DNA of 64,000 bases, taken from NCBI GenBank assembly GCA_020184695.1, contig JAANOX010000153.1:62001-126000 (forward strand). Reading direction: 5' to 3'. This document shows, piece by piece, positions 11,288-23,100 of the stretch; positions within the stretch are counted from its first letter, which is position 1; each line of letters begins with the position of its first letter. Position numbers and translations under genes: made by a program. The notes under the pieces are model-generated. The model searched no databases. It saw only the letters and a list, made by a program, of their open reading frames with translations, and had not been told where the DNA came from. Source of the DNA: Histomonas meleagridis 2922-C6/04-290x. Taxonomy: Eukaryota; Protista; Parabasalia.

Positions 11288-13513
11288 ATGGATAACAACA
11301 ATACAATAGAACATCTTAATTGTTCTAATGTTGGCTTTGGAGCATTCTATGAATCACTTGAAGAAATTATTTTTAATCTAAGAGAAGACAATATACAAGA
11401 AACAATTAAATCGATTATTGATTTATCTCATAACAATATCTCGTATGATTTCAATATAGTTATATGCAAATTTACTTATTCATTATTTCAATCACAAATT
11501 AAAGATTCTCATATATATCTTAAATTCATGGAAGAACTTGAGAATAAAGAAAAAGAATTCAATAAAAAATACGAAATAATTCATACATTTTCGAAGTATC
11601 TTCGATACTTAAATACTGAAGAATCTTATTTTTTACTAGGAAAAATGATTGAATTAAATATGATTAATACAAATTTTATCTTATGCATGAAAACTTTTTA
11701 TTTTGCGCATTATTTATCGAATGAAGCATTAAACCAATTAAAGACAATAAATATCATACCATTTTTTCTTTATTTCATTCAAAATATAAAAGATCTTGAA
11801 AAGAATAATTGGGAACTTCATAAGAAATATATTGAATTCGGGCATAATCCGAATAAAATATCAACAGTAATTCGAAGTGATGATATTAAAAAACTTCAAG
11901 AAATATCATCACAAACAAATTTTAATTTTAATCAAACAATTGAACCTTCACTTTATGAAAGATGTTCATTTATTAATAAAGAAGATGTTACATTAATTGA
12001 TTATGCAGCATTTTTTGGATCAATTAATTGTTTTAAATATTTACTTATGAATGGTGCAAAAGTAAAAAATACAGGAAAATATGCAATTGCAGGTGAAAAT
12101 CTCGAGATTATTCATTTATGTGAACAAAATCATTCAACATTTGAAGGTGCATATGAAGCAGCAATGAAATTTCATAAAAATGATATTTTTCATTATCTTT
12201 ATGAAAATAAATTAGGAAAATTTCAAGAATCATTTTATTTCTTTACCAATAATCTTAACAATTTGTATTTATTTGTCCAAAAAGACATTATAAATATCAA
12301 ACTATTTTTATTTTTACTTAAACAAAAAGAAATTGATATTAACGCTAAAAATAAAATTTATTTGAATATTTTAATATTTCAAAATAATATTTGGAAATTA
12401 TTTAAATTATTTAAAACAGCACTTATAATTGCATCTTCAAATGGTCATACAGAAATAGTTAAATTACTTCTTGAACAAGAAGGAATTGATATTAATGCTA
12501 AAAATATTGATTTGTTTTGTTTTATATTTATTTTAATAATTTGATATTTCAAAATAATATTTGGAAATTATTTAAATTATTTAAAACAGCACTTATAATT
12601 GCATCTTCAAATGGTCATACAGAAATAGTTAAATTACTTCTTGAACAAAAAGGAATTGATATTAAAGCTAAAGATATTTATTTGTTTTATTTAAAATTCA
12701 TTTTAATAATTTGATATTTCAAAATAATATTTGAAATTTATTTATGTTATTTGAGACAGCACTTATTTTAGCATCTGTAAAAGGTAATACAGAAATAGTT
12801 AAATTACTTCTTGAACAAAAAGGAATTGATGTTAATGCTAAAAATATTGATTTGTTTTATTTAAAATTCATTTTAATAATTTGATATTTCCAAATAATAT
12901 TTGGAAATTATTTATATTATTTGAAACAGCACTTATTTATGCATCTTCAAAAGGTCATACAGAAATAGTTAAATTACTTCTTGAACAAGAAGGAATTGAT
13001 ATTAATGCTAAAAATATTGATTTGTTTTATTTAAAATTCATTTTAATAATTTGATATTTTAAAATAATATTTGGAAATTATTTATATTATTTAAAACAAC
13101 ACTTATAATTGCATCTGAAAAAAAATATATTGAAATAGTTAAATTACTTCTTGAACAAAAAGGAATTGATATTAATGCTAAAAATATTGATTTGTTTTAT
13201 TTAAAATTCATTTTAATAATTTGATATTTCAAAATAATATTTGGAAATTATTTATATTATTTAAAACAGCTCTCATTACTTTACAAGAAAATGGTCAAAT
13301 TGAATTAGTTAAATTACTCATTAAACAAAAACAAATTGACATCAATGCTAAAGATATTTAAATATTTTGTTTAAAATTTATTGCTAAAATTTTATGTTTC
13401 AAATTTATGTTTGGAATTTGTGTAAAATATTTGAAACAGCACTAAAATGTGCAGAGGATAATGATTATACTGAAATAATTGAATTACTTCGTGAGAAGGG
13501 TGCAATAGATTAA
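11288..13513 (+). CDS. DUF3447-type ankyrin-repeat protein interrupted by 27 non-canonical 17-nt inserts (reconstructed 588 aa)
   Basis: N-terminal domain has the family motifs FNFNQTIEPSLYER, LIDYAAFFGSINCFKYL and EIIHLCEQ. Seven ankyrin units begin at 12416, 12586, 12756, 12926, 13096, 13266 and 13436, the last ending LLREKGAID*. Removing 27 x 17 nt leaves 1767 nt (589 codons) with no internal stop. Confidence 0.8.
12416..13435 (+). repeat. Tandem 170-nt repeat x6 (90-nt ankyrin exon + 80-nt gap of 4 x 20-nt subunits)
   Basis: ACAGC/ACAAC recurs exactly every 170 nt, even in the diverged last unit. Confidence 0.95.
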
Positions 13514-14786
13514 ATACAAAAAGAAATCTATTTAAATAAAACAACTTTCACAATAAGTATCCAATATTTTTTAAATTAAACGTTGTTTATAAAATGGTTT
13601 GAAGTAACATAATTTGTTAACCAAAATGTAAAATTAAATTCCTTTAAATGGCATATGATATTACTTCACTTACTTGATTAATGGTTCATTTCTAAATGAA
13701 GGTATATCTTGTTTTATCGAAATTGAGAATATTACGAAAACAATATTTTGTTAACAAATTTGATATTGCAAATTAATATTTTAAAGAAAATTTACAACTG
13801 TTATAAGAACCAACATTTGTGTAATGAGGAAAAAATGAGAGTATAAGACCATTTTTGCATGTTTTATGTGTTGCTTCAAAAGACGTTAAAAAATGATAAG
13901 ATAAAACTCTTTTATGCATACTAAGTCAAGGAAGAAAATGATATGTATAATTTAAAAATTTTATTTGAAAGCAATAAATCAATACGAACCAGAAATGGTA
14001 GGGATATATGGAGCAAATATCAGCAATACAAAATGAAATTAAACTTAAAAGAATTACTTAATACTGCTTACATTGAAAATTCCATCTTGAAAAACAAGCT
14101 CAGCTTAAAGAACTTCGGAATTCACAACAGAGATTAAAAATCACCATAAATTTTCAAAACATAAAATTACTTAACTCAACCAAAAATAATCTATAAAAAG
14201 CGCAATATTTCAGTTCCAAAATTTTCCAATTCCATCATTTTTTTTAATCTTTCATGTCAAGCAACATTCATACATATGATTAATCATAAATTTTCAACTG
14301 AAACTTTAAAGCCTGCTCTTCGTTAAAGCAGCAAATTCATGCAATCCGTACAACCTCTTTTTTCAATGTCTACATTTCATACATTAAAATTTGCTGTTCA
14401 TGAACAGGAGCCTCATGTTAAAAATTTTATTTGTATCACAAAAAAATAAAAAGCAATGTTGTTTATAAATAATGTAGAATATTTTGAATTCTTGTTGAAA
14501 TTTATTGTGCATCAACTTTATCATTCGTGATTATGTTGCTGGGAATTGGGGGGGTATGTACATGTTATGTGAGACACCAAAGATACCATTGCTGATTAAT
14601 ATTGATCGAAACGGTAAGGTTTTTATGTTGATTGTTGTGAATGTGACTCGTACATGTTAGGTACGCTAAAATAAGTTATCTTATTAATATTGATTAAATA
14701 AGCAATTAGGTGTGGATACTTTTATATATATATTTTAAAGTCCACGCAAAAACTGACGTCCGAAACATCCCAAACAAGTACAATCT

Positions 14787-14990
14787 TCAAAATATTATAT
14801 GAAGTCTTGCTATTTGAAGTGAATTTAAAAAAAAAAAAAAAAACAACAAACATTGATAAAAACAAAAAAATATTCGTAATATTAAGATTGATAACATTTC
14901 AAGAAGATTGATACCTTTTATTTCCAAAAGAGCTTTGGCAATTTCGACTCTATTTTCAGAAGCTGCATACATAAGTGCTGTACAAAACAA
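14787..14990 (-). pseudogene. Orphan ankyrin unit(s) with degraded spacers
   Basis: TALMYAASENRVEIAKALLEIKGINL starts at 14981 and is flanked by T-rich spacer-like sequence. No N-terminal domain upstream, where the TBC gene ends. Confidence 0.55.
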
Positions 14991-15166
14991 TTATGATATA
15001 ATTATTTTCATATATTGTTTTGATTTTTAAAACTCGTTTAAATTGAATATTTTCAATTTTAATTCGAAATAACTTAAAAATTTCATTATTTTCTCTCAAT
15101 AAATTAATAATTAATAATAAATCTCAATGCCACCCGAATGTTTTTAAAAAAATTATTTTCGATTTT

Positions 15167-16906
15167 TTAATCACTAATACAACAGACACAATCAGCATCA
15201 AAGAATTCGAATTTTGCTTGAACCTCGTTTACAGGTTTTACATTAACACATTTCATTGGTGATTTTTCATAAATCCAGAACGCAGTATTTGCTATGTATT
15301 GTGGGTCCAAAGAAGCCAGCATTTCCTGGAATCCCTTTTCACTCATTGCCACGCTTGTAAACTCGTTCACAAGCTCCATTATCTTATGGAAAGACAAAAT
15401 CAATGCAGCGCACATTGTATATGTTAACCAATTTTGTGGCTGTGGAGATATGTTAATGCTTATCCATAAAGGCCAAACATTTTCGAAGCTCCTTTTGAAT
15501 ATTAAAACAAAGTCTGAGTAACACCATATTGGATTCTTAAGTCCGTTTTGATTTAACCAAATTTCCATGACGGGTGATATTTTACCGATCATATGATGAA
15601 CTTTGATCATTTGCTTTTTACAAAACTCTGTAACATCGTCAAACATTTTAATATGGCCGGTATTAATTATCATTGATTCAAATGACCAAAAAATTAAATG
15701 CATAAATTTGTCAACATCAATAACCGTGCCGATAGAGTCTATCGGCTCTCCATCTTCGTTCCAATCTGGAAAATAAGCTGTGATGATGGGGACAAAGAGA
15801 TCGTTCATCCCTTGAAGATACCCTACAGGTGGGTTATACATTACAAAGGTTTTAAGAAGTTTTGTTAACATTCGATGGCCGGTTTTATCCGAATGTTTAA
15901 ATGCCATCGTTTGGCGATCAGTTCGAGAAACATCGTTAGCAATAACATGCCACATGTCAAAAACCCTTTTGTTGTTTTTGATTTGTTTGGGAAACAAAGA
16001 ATTTACCTGATTCGAAATTACATTAAATTCTTGTTCAAGCTCTTTTTCTTTAGTCTGCCGTTCCTGTTGGGTACTACCTAAGGAGTGGATGTTAAAAATC
16101 AGGGGAATAAGTTTTGGCAAGAGATTAGAATCTACGCCAGAATGATATAATCTCTTCCGAAAGTAATCTTCATCTTTAACCCTTCCATCCTCATCGAATA
16201 CCTCTGAGATGTTGTCCTCGCTAATTTTGGGGTATTTTGGAAGGTTTTCGATATATTTGTTAATTTTATTGACAACACGAAAATATGAAGATTCGGCAGC
16301 CACGTAAAGTGGGAAATCAGGATCTCTAGGAATAGAATTACATGAGTATAAATATCCAAGTAAAACATCAAAATAATTGATAACATCGTCCCAAAAATCT
16401 GAGAGAATAGTAAATGGGTTATTTGGCATTTGAATATGAGATGGAACAAACGAATAAACATCTGCACGACAATTTTTGTAGAATTTTAGAGAATATTTGT
16501 ATTTGATCGAAGGAACAGTGATTCCATTTTTGATTAATTGTTCAACAAATAAAACAACAGAGAAAAATTCAGACTCTGGAATTTCAAATTTCCTTGAGAC
16601 ATCTGAACTAAGACGATAAAATGTGATTGATAATGGATTTTCTTGAAACTCTATGTATGATGCATCTTGACAATTAAAAATAAATGGTTTCCCTGGATTC
16701 CAGTCATCTGCTTCTGGTGTCCTAACTGAAAGGAAAATATTATTGTTTAATTGATAAGGATAGCCTTCGATCGGAACCCATTGAAGTTCAAATTTGTTTT
16801 CTATTTTGGTTAAACATATAGTTCCAGGATTTTTTCTTCTCCTTCCAGAAATTATTTCACTCGCCATTTCGATAGTACATATATGGATGCGGTTTTCTTT
16901 TTCCAT
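15167..16906 (-). CDS. TBC-domain Rab GTPase-activating protein (Gyp7/TBC1D15-like)
   Basis: Arginine finger IANDVSRTDR, glutamine finger YLQGMNDL, and a PH-like N-terminal region. Confidence 0.9.
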   Translation of the reverse strand: MEKENRIHICTIEMASEIISGRRRKNPGTICLTKIENKFELQWVPIEGYPYQLNNNIFLSVRTPEADDWNPGKPFIFNCQDASYIEFQENPLSITFYRLSSDVSRKFEIPESEFFSVVLFVEQLIKNGITVPSIKYKYSLKFYKNCRADVYSFVPSHIQMPNNPFTILSDFWDDVINYFDVLLGYLYSCNSIPRDPDFPLYVAAESSYFRVVNKINKYIENLPKYPKISEDNISEVFDEDGRVKDEDYFRKRLYHSGVDSNLLPKLIPLIFNIHSLGSTQQERQTKEKELEQEFNVISNQVNSLFPKQIKNNKRVFDMWHVIANDVSRTDRQTMAFKHSDKTGHRMLTKLLKTFVMYNPPVGYLQGMNDLFVPIITAYFPDWNEDGEPIDSIGTVIDVDKFMHLIFWSFESMIINTGHIKMFDDVTEFCKKQMIKVHHMIGKISPVMEIWLNQNGLKNPIWCYSDFVLIFKRSFENVWPLWISINISPQPQNWLTYTMCAALILSFHKIMELVNEFTSVAMSEKGFQEMLASLDPQYIANTAFWIYEKSPMKCVNVKPVNEVQAKFEFFDADCVCCISD

Positions 16907-17176
16907 CTCGAAGCAAGCTTATATTCCTGTCACTTTTTTGTATTCACCAATTTTAACACTTTTTGTAATTCTATTAAAACCCTTTTTTGTTAACTGACTT
17001 TTCTTTCATAACGGCCGCATTTCGATTCAATTATTGAGTGCTTTATTTCATCGAAATTCACAGTGAAAAGTCTTTTTTTGAGCGGTTATTTATTCATTTC
17101 CGAAAAAGTGCCAATACTGGATGTTAAGTAAAGTTATCAATGAAGCGGATATTCAAATGACAATTAATTTCTAAAA
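16907..17176. promoter_or_regulatory. Bidirectional promoter region between head-to-head TBC and BEACH genes
   Basis: 270-bp gap with M3-like motifs in opposite orientations: GGCCGTTA on the minus strand (17009-17016) and AGCGGTTA on the plus strand (17081-17088). Confidence 0.5.
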
Positions 17177-20100
17177 ATGGAATGGTTTTCACAGTTGGCT
17201 ATTTCTATTTTAGAGATTCCTGTTCCCAAATCAATGGATGTTCAAATTTCACACGAAAGAATTTGTAACTTTCTTCAAACTGTAAAATTTCCAAAAATCA
17301 ACATTGAAGAACTTGAATTTCCATTAACAAATGAAATGCTACAACAGCAGAATTTTATTTTTCCATCTGTTCCGACAATAATTAAAGATTTTCATCAATA
17401 TCTTTCAACAACTGATAATGAAATTGATTTAATTGCTATAGTATTTTTTTATATGTTCATATCATGGTATTTATTTTCAAAAAAGACAAACTTTCTAATC
17501 ATTGGAGATGTGTTATATTTACTTGCAGATCTAATAAATTCATCATATTCAGATTTAGCCACAAGTTTATTTCTTCTTACTATATCCACTTATGTTAACG
17601 ATTCATCAGAACCATCAGAAAATATTATTGAAGATACTCTTGATTATTTTATTAAAAATCATCCGTCTCAAATTTCTGAACAAGACTCCAACAAAATCAA
17701 TGTCCAAATCTCTATTAAGCTTAACCAACTTGATAAGCCAGCTTTAATATTAGTATCACGACTTTCCAAATTTTTGCCGATTATTTCAATTCAAGTCAAC
17801 ACCTCCATCATTATTAACTCGTTATTCTCTAAAATATTTGAAGAAACGGATCCGACGATTAAGATCCCAAAACATGAAAAAACAAAATATATTTTAAATA
17901 AACCTCAATCATTCGAAACAAGTCTAAAATTTAGTTTTATTCATACGTATGAAACCGAACTAAACATTAATGATATAAACATATTAAAACCCATTAACTA
18001 TGTAATAAATTATCCATATAATGAAATCATAAAATTATTAGCATCAATAACAAGTCAAATAAAAAGTGAAATTGTTCATACGTTTAATGAATTTAATAAA
18101 TTAAAAGAAGAAGTTAAATCCAAACCGAATGAATTTGATTTCTTATACACCATAATATTATTTGCTTCTAACATCGAAATGGATGAAGAAATAGTTTCAT
18201 TATATTGGGACATAATTCTAAACTCAATAATATATACAGAAGATGTATCATCATTTGATAACAATGATTATTCATTATTAATATGTAAACTTCGAACAGA
18301 TTCAATTGAAGCTTTATCCAAAAGTGGTTTTGTTAATTTAAGTTATATAATTAATTCATTATTTAACAAGCCTTTATTATTTTGTGAAGTTATGCAACGA
18401 ATTGTTTTACTTTATTCGAATATTAATGAAAACGAATTAACGAAAAAGTCATTTATTGAAACAATATCTAAGTCTTTAATCTTTATGCAAAATTTACATT
18501 TTATTTCAACAAAAGATAATATAAACATAATTGAATCAACACGAAAATCATTGTTTTTGTTCATATCAAATGTTTTCTTAGCAAAAGGTAATGTTTGGAT
18601 TTCAAGTAATTATTTTGTTACTATTTTCATTTCATTTCTTTATGAATTACCTGTTCGTTCATTTATATTAGATTTAATTCATAAATTTTTAATAAATTGT
18701 AAAAACATTAATGATATTGATCAACATTTTATAAATTCATTTGAAAATGTTATTATTATTAGTTATCCTTTTGTCCCTGAAGATGAATATACTAATTTAA
18801 TTACTTCGTTATTACGTATAATAAATGAAACACTTTTACATAAGAATGATTTATATGTATTATTTAAAGAATTAAAATCATATATATATGAATTAATGTA
18901 TAAATTAAATGAAAGTGAAAATTCATTTAATTTGTTATTACAATTATTACAATTTATTTCATTTTATAATGATAAAAATATTAATACTAATGATATATTA
19001 AATGGTTGTTTACATTTTAAAGATGAAAAATATTTTAATGAACTTCAAATTAAATTATTACAAATACTTTCATTTAAACAAAACTTAGAAATTGATAGTA
19101 TTTTACCATTTAATGCACCAAAAATTTTACCTGTTTTATTACAAATATGTAATAATGATGATGATTTTATAAATGTATTAAAGACATATCAAAAATCGTT
19201 AATATCTTCATATGAAAATCGATTATTTGCACATGAAGGTGGTTTAGATTTATATTTACTTGAATGTTTACATAAATATAAAGAAGATACTATTGATCGA
19301 TCGAATATTATTGATATGATATTAGAAGTTTTATTATTAATTTATGAACGAATTTCTACATCTATTATAGTACAACGACATTTAAATTTATTGACGCCAA
19401 TAAATTCACAAATGATATCAATATATCAAATACATTTCATAAAGAATTTAAGTGATATCTTTTCTAAGATTAATAATTGTCCAATTTTTTATTCCGAATT
19501 ATCATCAAATTGTACAACGATTTGTATTGAGAATATTCCTTCATATACAACTAAAAAAGGGTTTTCTTTTGGGTTTTGGATATTTTTAGAGCCAATTAAA
19601 ATCGATTTACCAATTATCTTATTTGAAATATCAGATAAAACAAGCTCAAAGTTTTCATTAATATTAAATGATTATTATTTAATAGCTAATTTAAAAGTTA
19701 TTGATGGAGTTTATTCGAATAAATTACAATGTATACCAACAGGGATATGGTGTCTTGTTATAGTAAGTTGTAAATTTAATGATAATGATGAAGCTATAAT
19801 ATCAATGGAATTAAGAAACAAAAAATATCAATGTTTTTCTGTGGATTGGACAGGATTTATCGAAAATGAACCTTTAACAATGACTGTATGTAAGAATATT
19901 AATACAGTCAATATAAATTCATGTTCTACTTTTGGTTATTTATCTTCATTTGCTTTTTTACCTTGTAATTTAACTCGAGATGATATATTTAATTGGACTT
20001 CTAATTATAGACTTGTACCAAAGAGTTCATATTTTTATATAACTTTTTATGAGACAAATTGTGATATTAATATTGAAACACATACACAAATTAAAGATAT

Positions 20101-23100
20101 ATATGTTCATTCGAATGATATATCATTTAAATATGAATTAACTTTTGCCGATGTTTTAATAAATATAATAAAAATCGAAACTTTATTACCTCTTTTTGCT
20201 CAGACACAAGTATTACAAACTAATTATGATCTTTCTTCCAATATTTTGGAATTATCTGTTGATTTATTTTTAAATATATTAAATTTCTCACCAAATGTAA
20301 TTCAATCATTAGAGAATTGTATTCCAATAATTTCATATTTTTTAATTTCATCTATAAATCAATTAATTACATATAATTTATATAAGAAATTTATATATTT
20401 AACACAATTAATTCAAGATAAAAATTTGATTAATTTAATATTTAATGAAATTATATTAAATTTCGATATATGGGATAAATCTTCTAATAAAATTATAATT
20501 TATAGACATTGGGGTAAAATATTATTTAATGAATATCATGAATATTTTGATTTTAATAAATTGTTAAGTAAAATGCCACATATTGATATACAATCAGCTA
20601 CAGAAATTTCATCAATATTAGTTCGAATTTCTGATTTTTTATTTGATAAAGAAAATTTGGAATTTCTAATTGGATTAATTTTATCTAAAATCGATTTAGC
20701 ATTAGTAAAAATATTATTATCTGTATTACAAACAATTGTATCACAAAAGAATTATCCATTTATAACAAATTATTTAACATATTTATATTTGTTAATAAGT
20801 TATAATGATCAAGATATAACTTATTTAATAATTTCGATAATTTTGGAATCAAATGATCAAGTTAATTTCCGAATATTTTCTATAATTCAAATATTCCCTA
20901 AATCAATTTGTAATAAAGAATTATTAAATCGTTTAATGGATTTAAATAATAAATATTTGTTCCCTTTAGAATGCTTTATAGCTATTCAAGGGAAATTAGT
21001 TAATGAATATTTGAAACGAAAGAAATCATTTAATTTAGAATCTTTATTTGATTATTTGTTTTGTGTTTCTTTATTACATGAAAATGAGAATTGTATTCAA
21101 TTAATTTTTGAGTTTTTAGCTAATTCTTCAACTGATATTTTTAAGACATGTTTAATTTTATATATATTTTCTTATGTAATATGTAATGATTCATTATTTT
21201 ATCCATATTTAGAATTCTTGTTTTTAAATAGTGAAAATAAAAAAGAAGAATTAATCTCTGCTGCACATTTCTTTATATTATTCCAAAATAAAATTAAATA
21301 TCAAAACTTTTTCTTGAATTTATTTAAAGATTCACCATTTTTATTATCTGAGAATTATAGTAATAAAATTACAGATCAAGGTAAACCTAAAAAGATTATA
21401 ACTGTAATAAATAATATGATCGAATATATTAAATCTCCACAAGATATAATATTTGGTATAAGTATAACAACTAATAATACATGGAAAGCAACGAATGCTG
21501 CAAAGTTATGTATTAGTGAATTAGAATTAATAAATAATAAATCACCTTATATATATGGTGATATAATAATATGTTCATATTTATTAAAATTTGATAAATC
21601 ACATGTATTAAATCATATTAAAAAGATGCATTATTATACAATATATGCACAAAATCCTTTACCATTTAAAATATTGGAAATTTCGGCATTAAGAAATAAC
21701 ATTGATTTAGGATTCCAAAATGATAGTAATCCATTACTTTCTGTCGATTCATTCGAAATTATTCATCAATATACAAATTCTCAACATATTATCGAATTAT
21801 TTAAACAAAAGAAAATTCTCATTAATGAATGGTTTAATCAACTTCCAGATATTAATGATCAATTTAAAGCATTAAATAGTGACAAAATTGTACAAAAGAC
21901 AGTTTCATTAATTGATATATTATCAACAGAAGCAGTATCACATTATGAAGAAATACATAAAAATTGGAGAAAACTTTATTTAAATTTATCGAAAAACATT
22001 TGGAAAAATAATAATGAAAATGATATTAATTTACATTTTAAACTTGATACTTTATTATGTGGTAATTTAGGATTACCAATGAAGATGAAATTAAACTTAC
22101 ATTTTAATATACATCTTTTAGCTTCATTAGCGAGAGATACTGGAAGTTTAACAGAAGCTACTGAAATGATTAAAGGTTATACACAAGATATAAATGAAGA
22201 AGTAATAGAAGAAATCGAAAGAAGTAATTCATATATTGAAAAGAAGCCATTAAAACAATTTGATTGTATTTATATACATCAAAACAATGATAAGAAATCG
22301 ATTTTTTCGATTTATTCAAATGAAATAACAATTCAACATGAAAAGAAATTAATACAAATTCCAATAAATAATATCAAATATATACAACAAAAATATTATT
22401 TAACTATACCTAAATCAATCGAAATATATTTATTTAATCATAAAAGTTATTTCTTAATATTTGATAATCCAAATATTATAACAACAATTCAACGAAACTT
22501 AAACATAAAAATTATAAATTCATTAACAAATAAAAATAATTTAAATGTATATACTAATAAATGGATTAAAAAAGAAATATCAAATTTCGAATATTTGATG
22601 TTTATTAATTATTATTGTGGTAGAACATTAAATGATTTATCACAATATCCATTTTTACCATGGGTAATTAATAATTATAAAAAAGAAACATTCGATATAA
22701 ATGATATAACTATTTATCGTGATTTAAAGTTACCTATGGGTTCTCTTATGCCAGAATCGTATAATAATAACACGTTAATGTATGAAGGGTATAAATACTT
22801 CTTAAAATCCGGTCCAATATGTCCACAATGTATATATAAATATTTAATTCGAATCGAACCTTTCACTACATTTCATATCGATTTTCAAAAAGGAAAATTC
22901 GATAATAAAAATCGAATATTTCGAAGTATGACAAAATGTTTTAAAAGTTCCGTATTTGATAATTGTGAATTAACGCCCGAATTTTTTTGTTGTCCTGAAA
23001 TATTAATTAATTCGAATCACTTCGATTTAGGTATTGATAAGAATAATGGCGATGTTAAATTACCAAAATGGTGTAAGACGTCAATGGATTTAATATATTT

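Noticed and set aside
12506-12585. -1 ribosomal frameshift reading through the gap as a ~27-aa linker
   Set aside because: It is possible in one or two units only. Other gaps have stops right after the exon (GAT ATT TAA at 13353-13361) and gap lengths differ modulo 3.
12503-12585. Classical matched take-off/landing ribosome hopping (T4 gene 60 type)
   Set aside because: The last triplet of each 17-mer (mostly TTT) does not match the preceding codon. Unmatched bypassing is not excluded and is kept as a candidate in the main finding.
12504-12587. U12-type AT-AC intron (AT...AAAAC)
   Set aside because: There is no ATATCCTT 5' site or TCCTTAAC branch, and no AT-AC pairing restores the frame.
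12506-12589. Canonical GT-AG intron explanation of the 80-nt gaps (GTTTT...AAAACAG)
   Set aside because: The first GT gives the wrong frame. A second GT works only in one unit, units starting ACACCA/ACGCCA have no AG, and no branch-point motif is present.
12416-13435. CRISPR-like appearance of the repeat/spacer array
   Set aside because: The context is eukaryotic, the units encode ankyrin repeats, and there are no cas genes.
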